The notes under the pieces are model-generated. The model was not told the DNA's origin, searched no databases, and saw only the letters and a program-made list of their open reading frames with translations. DNA of 63,781 bases, the filler included, from Stramenopiles sp. TOSAG23-6 (taxonomy: Eukaryota), in assembly GCA_900128565.1 (NCBI GenBank). It is 9 parts of 9 records of this genome, joined end to end, with 100 filler letters (N's around TTAATTAATTAA, not from the genome) between each part and the next. Parts side by side here need not be neighbours in the genome. Positions count along the whole stretch, not along the records: positions 1 to 7,058 come from LT636617.1; positions 7,159 to 14,204 come from LT636618.1; 7 more parts are not named here. One strand, 5' to 3'. How positions within the stretch are numbered: position 1 is the first letter of the stretch; every line of letters begins with the position of its first letter. Position numbers and translations under genes: made by a program. Below, in pieces: positions 1-10,518 of this stretch.

Positions 1-180
1 GGTCCATTAAAATCATCACATTTGAAAGATATTGCAAAACAAAACTATTTTAGTAGGAATAAATTTAAAAAAAAATGAAATTTGAAAAATAAATTTTATT
101 TTTAATGCAGTTTAAAATATATTTATTTTATTTTTTGAAAATAAAAATGTTAGGTATAAAAATGTAAGCAAAAACAGAAT

Positions 181-851
181 TTAGAAGTAGTCATCAAGCA
201 TGTCTTTTGCATCACTATTACCTAAATTAGCAGATTTAGTATACCATTTTTTAGCTGCATTGTCGTCTTCAGCAACACCACGACCATATTTAGTCCACCA
301 CTTGAAAGCTTCTTTTCTGTCTTGATCAACACCCCAACCATGATAAAAACACCAACCTAGTCCAAATTGTCCCATACTATTACCTAAATTAGCCGATTTC
401 GTATACCACTTGAAAGCTTCTTTTTTATCTTTAGCAACACCAAAACCATAATAATAGCATCGACCAATATAATATTGAGCATAACTATAATCACTATTAT
501 CCATAAACATCTTAAATGCTTTTTTATCATCCTTTTTATAACCATTCCAGCCACTATATGTACAACAAGCAATAGCCATTGGAAAACCAGCAATAGCTGC
601 AGATTCAATCATTCGTTGTCCATTCTTTTCATCAATAGTTTGAAAGTCAGTGCCATGATATTTTGCATGACCAAGTTCAAATAAATTCCGCGCACCTTTA
701 TTTTCTATCTTTTGACACTTTACTGCGCTATTAGATGATGATGATGATGATGAACTCGATTTTCGTTTTTTTCCACTACTACTACTACTACTAATAATAA
801 TAATACCATTACTACCACTACTACTACTACTACTACTACCACTACTACTAC

Positions 852-886
<35 letters not shown>

Positions 887-1782
887 TTATTATTAGATAC
901 TGTAGGTGGTACATTCTCATCAACGATATCATCAATTTCATCCAATCTGGAATAAAGTTTTGTCTCCTCTTCTATAAATGATTTTGTCAACTTTTTAAAA
1001 CCATTCAAACAATCAATCTTCTCCATTTGTGCTTGAACAATTTCGTCATATTTCTTCTTTGTTTCTGAAATTGCACTCTCTATCCGATTCAAATTACTTT
1101 GCGCTGATCTTTTCGCTTTTGCATCTTTGAATCGTTTCTTTGCTGCTGGTAATTTCTTCTTTGCCTTTTCAAATGCAGCCTTTGCTACTTTGACTTCTTC
1201 ATCAATCTCATTTTCCAAAGCAACAACGGATTCTTCATTGACNTTTCTCATTTCTCTTATTTTAATAAGCTTTTGAAGCCATTTATCGTTCTTCTCTTTA
1301 CACATCATTTGTAGTGTATCCAATACAGATTCAACTTCTTCTGTATAATTACTGGCGGCAACGAAAACTAATTTCAACTTATCGAGACTTGACATTTGAA
1401 GAATACATGTTTCAGAGTTGGTAACCAACTCAATCATTTGTGTAATAGTGTTAATAATGTCTGCCGAATTTTTCGCTTGAAAGCATTTCAACAACAGTGA
1501 TTCGAGGTAACTCATCTTGTTATCTTGTTGTTGTTTCCATTCCAAACATAGAGATTTACAATGAAAATTTGACACAAGGTTAAAATGCGGCAACGATTCA
1601 TTTGTTAAAGGTGACGTAATTTTTGAAAATTGAAAGTGGCGCAAAATTGCAGCTCTTTCATACGTGTGACCATCTGCAGCAAAAACAGGATCTTTAAATA
1701 AGTCTTGTGTAATAGGGCATATTAGATTCTTCGGTACGTCATCCTGTGGCATTATCTCTATATTATTTTCAGAAACACGCAA
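181..1782 (-). CDS. U-box E3 ligase with coiled coil, poly-Ser linker and SEL1-like repeats
   Basis: N-terminal U-box (LICPITQDLFKDPVFAADGHTYERAAI...SPLTNE); C-terminal SEL1 repeats (AQYYIGRCYYYGFGVAKDKKEAFKWYTKSA); intronless. Confidence 0.9.
771..895. repeat. (CTA/TAG)n and (TAA)n microsatellite encoding poly-Ser
   Basis: Direct trinucleotide runs inside the U-box gene. Confidence 0.9.
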
Positions 1783-2025
1783 TGGATATATATAATAATT
1801 TAGATAAAGAAAGTATAGGGTCCAATATAATCTAAATCTGCTTAATTAACTTAAGAATGAATCTCTTTATTCTCTTTATAACATATAACAATTAGTGGCC
1901 ACACAGACACACGAATGGTATCAGATGAGTGGTGGCCGGCGTTGATGTCCATTTGAATATATGGCCAACAGTCGATTAAAATATAAATCACGAAATCTAA
2001 ATCTAACTAATTAACCTGATATTTC

Positions 2026-2706
2026 GTGTTTGGAGCCGATTTTAAAAAATATTTCTGTCAAACTTATTCTGCTATCAATCATGTCCCGAACCATAGAGAC
2101 GTAACCTTACTCTCTACTTTTTTGGGAGTTGATATGCCACCGCCTGCTTGCCCAGATGATCGTGGGAAATGTGTCCATGTGGCTCTAAAGAAGCTGCTTG
2201 GTGATGCAGCGCCAACAATAGAAGAGCTAGACCACCAGATCCCCGAAACATATACAAAACGTCAAAAAGTCTCAAGGAAACACAAAGAAAAGGATCTAAC
2301 GAGAGAGATTTGTGGGAGAGAAGGTGTCACGTGGTGTCTTGAAGCAATAGAGCGGGCATTGACAAAAAAACACAAAAGAAAGTTAATCTTCAAAACGATC
2401 AAAAATAAAGACCATAAAGCAATCATCAAATCCCACCACCTACCCCTGCTGGTAATTGGAACTTTAAACAAAGAGTGTGGGTTCGAAGATGATGGTATGC
2501 CTGAAGACAACTGGTGCCATGCAATTGCTGTTGTAAGCAAACGTCGTAAGTGGGGTAACCACTTTCGCTGGGAACGCAAATTCTTTGACAACAACTACAA
2601 AAATGGGCTAACAGTTTCAAAACTGTTAAAGGGCAATAAACCATACTTCACGAAGGTTATTTGTAAATACCACGTTGCGCTAAGAACCCACCATAGTAAA
2701 CCATAA
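2026..2706 (+). CDS. Hypothetical protein, possible papain-like (Cys-His-Asp) peptidase; likely ATG start near 2134
   Basis: Motifs GKCVHVALKKLLG, WCHAIAV and FFDN in papain-like order. Confidence 0.45.
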   Translation: MFGADFKKYFCQTYSAINHVPNHRDVTLLSTFLGVDMPPPACPDDRGKCVHVALKKLLGDAAPTIEELDHQIPETYTKRQKVSRKHKEKDLTREICGREGVTWCLEAIERALTKKHKRKLIFKTIKNKDHKAIIKSHHLPLLVIGTLNKECGFEDDGMPEDNWCHAIAVVSKRRKWGNHFRWERKFFDNNYKNGLTVSKLLKGNKPYFTKVICKYHVALRTHHSKP

Positions 2707-2815
2707 CTGAAAATAATTCAAAAAAATGTTTTTTTTGTTAGGTACAAAATTTGGTACAAAAAAAATATTGAAATTTTTATCTTAATAAAAACATTTTTTG
2801 GTAAAAAATAAATAC
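2707..2815 (-). mobile_element. Degenerate introner copy outside any recognised CDS
   Basis: Minus strand has TTTGTACCAAATTTTGTACCTAAC core with a GTATTT start. Confidence 0.6.
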
Positions 2816-2982
2816 ATATTTTTTTTGTTTCCAATCGCAATTTTGAGATTTCGACTTTCCAATTATTTCTGGTTTAAATTATATACTACTAAGAAACTTG
2901 TGCTTTTTACACCGATATCACATACACACGAAATCCTTATACTATTTATATACAATAAACAACACTATATATACAATAATTA

Positions 2983-3274
2983 GCCAACAGACAATGGTGT
3001 AGCTCCGTATGTATTTGCCTTATTGACATCAAATGGTAAGGATGAAGTAGTTCAACGACTTATCGCTGGTGGTGCTGATGCCTATGTCTTGCCAAAAGAA
3101 AAGAAAAACAAAGCACTTATCTTTGCTGTTGATAAAGGTGATGTTAAATTTATTAAAGATCTTATTGACGTCTTGTCAGAAGAAGAAATAGCAAAATTAT
3201 ACAAATTAGATGACAACGTTCTGTCGAAGGTTCTGGGCAACCTTCTGAGAAACCAAAACCAACAAAAGNAATGA
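2983..3274 (+). pseudogene. Ankyrin-repeat gene fragment
   Basis: NGKDEVVQRLIAGGAD and ALIFAVDKGDVKFIKDLI; no clear start. Confidence 0.45.
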
Positions 3275-3706
3275 AGTTTTCTCAAAAAAATTCACATTCA
3301 TCAGAGATAGTCAATTTACTTTTACAGCAGCTCAAGAAACAATAATTGGTTTGAAAATCAATGAAAAAATAGTTAAATTCAACTTTAAAACCCTACATCT
3401 GTCGGTAGTGCACCAAAATAAAATAAAATATTTTCAAACTAATAAATTTAATTCATAAAATGATAATGAAATTTCTTTTCAAAAAAAAGATAGTTTTCCG
3501 TTTCGTTTTCTTTTCACTTCATATTAATCAACCATACATAAAACCATAAAACAAAATCATGCTTTTTTTCACTTCATATTAATTAACCATACATAAAACC
3601 ATAAAACCATAAAACCACAAAAAAACATAAAACTATAAAACTATAAAACCAAAAAAATCATGTTTTTTTTAATTTGATACCAGGGTTGGGTTAGGGTTGA
3701 TACAAT

Positions 3707-5779
3707 CTATCTTTTTCCACGTTTGCCTCTTACCTTTGGTTTCAACACAAGGTCTATTGTCCCAGTAAAATTATAATGTGAAAGACTTAAATTATCTCTA
3801 AGAAATCCAAATTGAACAGATTTTAATTGTTGCTTGTTACATGGCATTTTCCCCAAATGTGTAGACAATTTCAATTTAATTTGTTTAATAGTTTCTGAAA
3901 GATTTGCATTGATTTCAATCACTTGACCATTCAATCCCCATTGTGTAGGATACATACTTCCATTTTCATCCATAGGAACTTGAATTTTAATTAAAATTTT
4001 GTCCGTATGAGTTTTTTGCCATTCAACTGCGGAAATCAATGCATTTGGATCTTTCCATTTTTCTTGAGGAGGAGGCATACTTTTCGGTTCAACAGGTACA
4101 CTTTGTGATGATGGTGGTGGTGGTTGAATTGTTTGATTTTGTTGTATTGTTTTTGGCATATTTGGTATAATCTTATGATCAATTGTATCATTGGTAGTAT
4201 TCAAGTGAGTCATTGGAGGAGGAGGCAAAATGGATTGACTCATGGCATGACTTTTCCTGAGGTTAGGGTTAGGGTTTGATGAATTGGATTGAACAACACC
4301 ACCTAGGCTATTCATTACAGAATTAATTTTCTCATCATCATCATCATCATTAGCTGCTTCTGATGTATCCATTGGATCATACCCTTTAATTTCAGCAAGT
4401 TTGTCACCAAGATTTTTTGATGAAGATTCGTCGTCTTTGTTCAAACTTTCAGCTTCTCCACGTTTTGTTTGTAATCGACGTAAATTCGAAGCAATTTGGT
4501 TGTTTGTTGCAAATGCAGTAATTTTTTGTTTAGCTATTGAGCGCTGACGCTGTTCACGCCATGTCGGATCGAGTAACTCTATCCGCATGACTTCTTCTGA
4601 TTGGTCAACGGCAATACGTCGTCCTGTTTTATCTACAAAATGTTGTTCTTCGACAGTAGCACTTTGAACTTTTGGCTTATAATCAGTTTGAACGTTTAAT
4701 TTTCGTTTTTTTCGTGTATTTTCTGAATTGGATTGACTTTGACTGCCCATCTGTTCAGAATATTTTTGCCCACGGTCATCGATATCCATTGCTGACGTTT
4801 GACGAGACGTTCTATCACTATGGCTTGAGTTGAGATTAGACTTTGTATTCGATTGATTCGAATTGTCATGGGTAGTCGAATCATCGACATCATCATATTC
4901 ATCGGATTCGTCAAACGTTATTGTCTCAACAACAACAAAATCATGCCAATCTGTAGATAAATACATAATCCTCTCAGCTCGTGCTTCTTCTTCATCTATT
5001 TTTTTTTGATCTCTTGTTCTTTGAGTATAATCCATAATGTGAACGGACCTTCGAAGAATTGGGTCAATACTTGTCACATCATTTTTTAGAGAGTCCAATA
5101 AATCTTGCGTTGGAACGACACACCTCTCATATGCTTTAATTAAGGACGTGAAATAAGGAAATAATTTATGATCCGTTTTTAAAAAGTTAAATTCTGTGTT
5201 TAACCTCTCTCTGACAACAACTTGATCTAAAAATCGCCTTCCACTGACAGCAACATGTTGAGCGACTAATTTTATGACGTCCACTAACTCAGGATCCGAG
5301 TGGATGGGATCAAATATAAGTTCTGGTTCTTCAGGTGGAACATTGGACATGCTAGCATCTAAATATCGACCCCATGACTTTGAAGTTGCTTTCTTCTGTA
5401 GCACTGTACCTATAGTAGTTGATACTGATGAACTCTCCGGACCATTCGTGTCATCCGTTGTGGAACTTTGAGGTATTTCATTTGAGGATTTTTCGGTGGT
5501 ATCATTGTTTTTGTCATCTCCATCGGCATTTGACTTTTCCTTTGTTTTATCGCCACCACCTGCAACCATGAATTTGTAATATGCATGATATGGATCATTT
5601 TTCTGAAGAAAAGCAAACTTGAGGTTACCCGACTCGCTGGCAGCGATGCGGGACTCAAATTGAACTCCATTTCTGGCTACAAATTGCGCTGTTTTATCAA
5701 CAATCGCACGGACATCAGGTGGAGGGTAAATTATACCAGATACTTCACCATCTGATTCATTATTATCCATCATCACCAT
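3707..5779 (-). CDS. SF3A1: Splicing factor 3A subunit 1 (Prp21)
   Basis: GIIYPPPDVRAIVDKTAQFVARNG SURP1, a second SURP, DWHDFVVVETITF, MRIELLDPTW and a C-terminal ubiquitin-like domain. Confidence 0.95.
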   Translation of the reverse strand: MVMMDNNESDGEVSGIIYPPPDVRAIVDKTAQFVARNGVQFESRIAASESGNLKFAFLQKNDPYHAYYKFMVAGGGDKTKEKSNADGDDKNNDTTEKSSNEIPQSSTTDDTNGPESSSVSTTIGTVLQKKATSKSWGRYLDASMSNVPPEEPELIFDPIHSDPELVDVIKLVAQHVAVSGRRFLDQVVVRERLNTEFNFLKTDHKLFPYFTSLIKAYERCVVPTQDLLDSLKNDVTSIDPILRRSVHIMDYTQRTRDQKKIDEEEARAERIMYLSTDWHDFVVVETITFDESDEYDDVDDSTTHDNSNQSNTKSNLNSSHSDRTSRQTSAMDIDDRGQKYSEQMGSQSQSNSENTRKKRKLNVQTDYKPKVQSATVEEQHFVDKTGRRIAVDQSEEVMRIELLDPTWREQRQRSIAKQKITAFATNNQIASNLRRLQTKRGEAESLNKDDESSSKNLGDKLAEIKGYDPMDTSEAANDDDDDEKINSVMNSLGGVVQSNSSNPNPNLRKSHAMSQSILPPPPMTHLNTTNDTIDHKIIPNMPKTIQQNQTIQPPPPSSQSVPVEPKSMPPPQEKWKDPNALISAVEWQKTHTDKILIKIQVPMDENGSMYPTQWGLNGQVIEINANLSETIKQIKLKLSTHLGKMPCNKQQLKSVQFGFLRDNLSLSHYNFTGTIDLVLKPKVRGKRGKR

Positions 5780-5886
5780 CTCAAAACATGAAATACACAA
5801 ATGAGTGAGGGAGAACACTTGCGTCTTTTTTTTCGCGCTTGCGGCTTTTGCTTCGCTTCGAAGGAAAATGATTACCTAAAAAAAGA

Positions 5887-5893
5887 TACCCGG
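5887..5893. promoter_or_regulatory. TACCCGG promoter motif in divergent intergenic region
   Basis: Same heptamer recurs upstream of several genes. Confidence 0.5.
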
Positions 5894-6047
5894 GACCCAA
5901 AATTATGGAATTTTTTTTTTTTTTTTGACAGTTTCATTCTGAAAATCGATCAAGTCAAAGAATACAAAATTATTTTTGTCTCTACTACAACGACATATTT
6001 GTATTTAGAAAAACTACGTTGTATTCGTTTGTATTTATTCATTAAAA

Positions 6048-6977
6048 ATGGCTCGAAGGTCTACCGAAAGTCTAAGGGATGAAATCATGGGACGTGTGTC
6101 GGAACGGGATACACTTGATAATCAAATACAACCAGAATCTGGTGAAAAATACTTGATGGCGATGCTTCGATCTGTCCAAAAGTCTCAAAGAAAACCAAAA
6201 ATGATTCATAAAGAAATAGACCTGAAAGGACCTAAACTTCATATGACCCAGAGAATGTGGATAAAGGCACATCACGCCATGCATGATGAACTCATTATGA
6301 ATGCGAAATCTTATGTGTCTCATGAAGTGCGAGAACATGAAAAAGTCGTAAAACGAAGTCGCGCTTTGCATTCCAATGATTTGTATAAAGAAATTAAGGG
6401 AAGAGCTCAGAGAAAAATTTTAAATCAAGGAAACAAGGAACTTCTTCATCTTCTTCATCGTGTTGGCGAGAGAAAAGATCAATATCATGGCTCTAAAAAT
6501 AATAGTTGGGACCAATTACGTAAACGACGAGCGAAGGCATACGTTTTTATCATGAATTTTAATTTTTTTTTTTTATACGAAATTTTGTACCTAAGAAAAA
6601 AAAAAAAAAAAAAACTAATTTTTTTTTCAATTTTTTTTCATAGTACATTTTGTATCTAACGATTTTATTTTTTTTTTAATTTCACACTTTCACACTATAC
6701 GACTACATTAGCAAAAGTCTCCGCAAAAAGAATGTATGTTTTATATGAATTTCTAATTTTTTTTTTTTTTTTTTTAAATTTTTTTTATACGAAATTTCGT
6801 ACCTAACAAATTTTTTAGAATTTTTTTTTGAAATATTTTTTCACAATACATTCTTGATGGTAAAAAACGTCAAGCTAATCAAGAAGTACTTGAAAGACTA
6901 GTTAATACAACATCTGCATTTAATCGGCGCAAATGGGAATATGATTATCAGAAACATCAGGAACGTGTTGCTTTGAT
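6048..6977 (+). CDS. CFAP97/Hemingway-like ciliary protein, 3' partial; exons 6048-6538, 6701-6733, 6852-6977
   Basis: Spliced frame gives NKELLHLLHRV and ANQEVLERLVNTTSAFNRRKWEYDYQKH. Confidence 0.55.
6539..6700 (+). mobile_element. Introner intron AT..AC with double core
   Basis: ATACGTTTT donor variant, two branch-like cores; removal restores frame. Confidence 0.6.
6734..6851 (+). mobile_element. Introner intron GT..AT, preceded by AT
   Basis: Consensus match; removal restores frame (AGA ATT CTT). Confidence 0.85.
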
Positions 6978-7058
6978 GTATGAGTTCAAGATTCACTTTT
7001 TTTTTTTTTTTTTTTTTTATTTTTTTTTTTTTAGTACAAAATTTTGTACCAAAAAAAA

Positions 7059-7158
7059 NNNNNNNNNNNNNNNNNNNNNNNNNNNNNNNNNNNNNNNNNN
7101 NNTTAATTAATTAANNNNNNNNNNNNNNNNNNNNNNNNNNNNNNNNNNNNNNNNNNNN
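7059..7158. other. Artificial contig spacer (also 14205-14304, 21308-21407, 28404-28503, 35495-35594, 42577-42676, 49658-49757, 56723-56822)
   Basis: 100-nt N blocks with central TTAATTAATTAA; contigs decrease in size from 7058 to 6959 nt. Confidence 0.98.
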
Positions 7159-7160
7159 AT

Positions 7161-7253
7161 GTATGTTTTATTTTTTTTCAAATTCGAATTTTGTTTTCGT
7201 ACGAAATTTTGTACCTAACGATTTTTTTTTTGAAATATTTTTTCATAATCCAT
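7161..7253 (+). mobile_element. Introner intron GT..AT, preceded by AT
   Basis: Consensus match, ends AATCCAT. Confidence 0.75.
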
Positions 7254-8416
7254 ATCGACGAATATCGATTGATGCTGTAGAAAAAAAATGGACAAAAATA
7301 TATAAGACATCTTTAAAACAATGTATGCATGGTATATCATGTAAACATGGTGGTCCTCCTCATTGTACTATAGGTCATCGACTTCAAAAGATTCCTATTA
7401 TTACTGGAAGTGTGACTTCTATTTGGGGAACACTTGAGCGAGCAGTCGCTGGTTTACCAAAGAAGGACTCTTCATTACGCGTAGTTCGTGTTCAAATAAA
7501 TGAAAAACAAAATACTAGAAAAAAAATTATTGGTGTTCGATTTCCTTTTCATAGATTAAAAACTCTTAGTCAAATTCTTAGTATGAATAGAAGTCGTAGA
7601 CATGGTCGAAAAGAAATTGTTGCACTTCAAACAAATTTTGGTCTAAATAATGTTTGTTTTATTTTTTTTCAAATTCGAATTTTTTTTCGTACGAAATGTT
7701 ATACCTAACGATTTTTTTTCAAATATTTTTCGAAAATACATGTAGTAGAATCTTTCAAATTGGCAAGGAAAACTGATTATGTAGTATTTGAGAAGGAAAA
7801 CAAAACCTTTGAAATACCAGCTAATTCTATTATCATTGATGTTCATGGTGTTAGTACACAATTTTCAACACCCCAACAAATATTGAATTTAATTAAAGAA
7901 CGTGGTAAAACTCGTGAAAGTATTCGATTATGCATCATTAAACCAAATTCTATTGAATTGGGAAATAAATTAGAAGAAATTACTGCAATAGACAAAAATG
8001 CAAAGAAACGGGCTTTTAATACTGTACAAAAAAAAATGACTTCATTTTTTAAGACTGGTGTTTCTAGTTCATCTATATTTACAAAAGATTTTGCAACGAA
8101 ACCTTCGAAAAAAAAAATATCAAAGAGAAAAGCCGCTCAAATGGTCAAAGCATCGTCTCAAGGGAAAACGTCGATATTTACCAAACGATCGAGACCAAAG
8201 ATTCAGTCTGCAACGTCGATCTTTGCTAAACAAACAAGAACAAAAAGGAAATCACCTGCAGCAAAGACAGTTTCAAGTGGTAAAAATGAAGTGATTGAAA
8301 TCAGTGATAGTGACGATAGTGAATATATGCCTGAATTTTGTGGAATTGATGCGAGATTTACGGAAGAAGTTTCAACAAGAAAAACTAGAAAAAAACGTAA
8401 AACTTCAACAAAGTAG
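7254..8416 (+). CDS. SBNO: Strawberry notch (SBNO/FORGETTER-like) C-terminal part, 5' partial; intron 7652-7741
   Basis: WTKIYKTSLKQCMHG..CKH..CTIGHR..ITGSVTSIWGTLE..LRVVRV..IIGVRF matches the SBNO C-terminus. Confidence 0.75.
7652..7741 (+). mobile_element. Introner intron GT..AT, preceded by AT
   Basis: Joins ORFs 7163 and 7760 in frame. Confidence 0.85.
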
Positions 8417-8566
8417 GAACAAAAGCCAATCAATTCTATGAAATATAAGTGCTTTTATAAAACAAAAAGTTGTTGATTTAGTTCGGTATTTACTTTGACT
8501 TTATTATTTCATTAATAATTTACTTGTACTTCATTTTTACTTAATTGTACAAATTACCAGAAACGT

Positions 8567-10120
8567 CTAAACTTTTTTTACTGTAGTACCTATTTCCAAT
8601 GAAATTGGACTTTGTTCATCCGAATTATTGTTGACATCTTCGTTCATATTATGATCCGGGGCGTGATCAGCATTAATTGAACAACCCACCTGTATCAACG
8701 CTGTGTACCCTTCAACTTGTTCCAATATTAAGTTCATTAATTCATCACATATCGAATTAGTAGCTAAAGATGATCTAAGAATAAGGAAGAACTCACCGAC
8801 TGATATATCTTGATCAATGTATACCATTGAAAATCCAATAATAATTGCCACAGAAAAAGTATACACTATAACTTTTGTGACAATCCTCGCCGTCAATGCC
8901 AAATAGAAATAATGTCCTGTTCGATTTCCGTGAACTGACACAACTTTATCTAGAATACATGTTATTTCATTAGCTCTATCAGCTGGTTTCTCTGAATCTA
9001 AGTGCATTTTTATGTCTTCCTTTATTCTCGCACTTGTGACTCCCCGGAAGAATTCGAGACATATATCAATCATTGAACCTAACCTCTGATCCCAGTTCGA
9101 CTGTAGAATAGATAGCCCTAGTAGTCTTTTATAGTATATTCTGAGTACTAACATTGTAAGAAGTATTCTTATCATAATTGTGGGTAAAATAAAATAAATG
9201 ATATTCCTGAGTAGGAAAGATTCGTTATCATTTCCATTTTCATCTTTCATTACAACAAGGACATATATACTCAATGCTTGATTAAAAAAAAGACGAGATA
9301 GAAAAGAACAGAATCTAAACATCCCACCCCACACTTTATTTATAGCATCATCTAGTAGAGGTCCAATTATTGCAGATGACGTGAACTCTTGTATGACTTC
9401 TTCATGACCTGTATGGGAAAAAAGTTGTATTAGCATTTGTCTTAACTGATTTAAAATACCAGGATAGCTCGGTGCCTGATACTCCAAAAGCTGCTTGAAG
9501 ATATGTAATCCAAATAAAATGCCCATCCATTTTATCAAATTGTTAAATGCAGTATAGTCAAATTGGTTATTTCGAGTCTTCACATTTTCTGTAACAGCAT
9601 CAATCGCCTTACTGAGCAAAAGCGAGACTGCAGGTTCGTAGGTCCCCAGAAGTACTTTATGCAATATTGTCTTTATGGTTTTGCTCTTGTTTCCTGGTTG
9701 ACTCCATGCAAAATGCCACAAAGCAAAATTATAAGCTACTATACCCTCAGATGGATAAATACCCATTGGCCAGGGAAACTTGTCAGTGCAACTCAGGGTT
9801 TTCGGCAGTTTCGGTGGTTCTTTATGATCAATCTTCTTTATCTGTTTAAAAGTCTTGTTGAACACAAGATGCCAAAAACGTGTTTCCATCCTAGCGTTAC
9901 GATTCAATGCTCGTGGAAGGGCCCTTACAATAGCTTTCAAACTACATGTGGTGGCAAGTTTATGGAACATATATTTTTTGTCGCTTTCAGAAAGATCATT
10001 GTGCCCCTTTTTCTGATATAACTCTTTTTCAAAAGGCATCGCTTCGCCATCACCGTCACAGTCGACTTCAAACGAGCTAGTTGATTTCTTCTTCACTGCA
10101 GCCGGATTTTTCCGCAGCAT
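8567..10120 (-). CDS. Multi-pass membrane protein resembling an ABC type-1 transmembrane domain
   Basis: About 6 hydrophobic helices, LLSKAIDAV and ISVGEFFLIL; no Walker motifs. Confidence 0.5.
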   Translation of the reverse strand: MLRKNPAAVKKKSTSSFEVDCDGDGEAMPFEKELYQKKGHNDLSESDKKYMFHKLATTCSLKAIVRALPRALNRNARMETRFWHLVFNKTFKQIKKIDHKEPPKLPKTLSCTDKFPWPMGIYPSEGIVAYNFALWHFAWSQPGNKSKTIKTILHKVLLGTYEPAVSLLLSKAIDAVTENVKTRNNQFDYTAFNNLIKWMGILFGLHIFKQLLEYQAPSYPGILNQLRQMLIQLFSHTGHEEVIQEFTSSAIIGPLLDDAINKVWGGMFRFCSFLSRLFFNQALSIYVLVVMKDENGNDNESFLLRNIIYFILPTIMIRILLTMLVLRIYYKRLLGLSILQSNWDQRLGSMIDICLEFFRGVTSARIKEDIKMHLDSEKPADRANEITCILDKVVSVHGNRTGHYFYLALTARIVTKVIVYTFSVAIIIGFSMVYIDQDISVGEFFLILRSSLATNSICDELMNLILEQVEGYTALIQVGCSINADHAPDHNMNEDVNNNSDEQSPISLEIGTTVKKV

Positions 10121-10328
10121 AGATCTCCTTCCTATGCATTAATATAAGAGTAAATATCTATGGACAGTATTTCTGAAACCTAATTTTATAAATGATATCG
10201 GGCGAGCACACACACACAATGGGGCCACAATGGGTGGAAAAACGAAGGACAATAGCCTAGATTTAACGGCTCAAACTTCCAATTCAAATTCCACGTGCAC
10301 GAAATGCGACAATTTTCGGTCGAATTTA

Positions 10329-10342
10329 GGTACCCGGGTACC
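10329..10342. promoter_or_regulatory. Palindromic double TACCCGG/CCGGGTA motif in divergent promoter
   Basis: GGTACCCGGGTACC perfect palindrome between divergent genes. Confidence 0.55.
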
Positions 10343-10518
10343 CACATATGCGACATTTCGGGACATTTCCCGGGCTCGAATTCAAAAAAATTTGAATTTT
10401 GAAAATTATTTTTCACCAGAACGACGATGTTATGTAACACTTGTACGTACAACGTGAGTGTTTTCACGCGCGGAAACTAGATACACGATTCGGAACTTGA
10501 AAATACAAAGGTTAAAGA

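Noticed and set aside
4259-4278. TTAGGG/CCCTAA telomere-like units (also near 31827 and 3683)
   Set aside because: Only 2-3 units, mostly encoding NPNPN inside genes, and not at contig ends.
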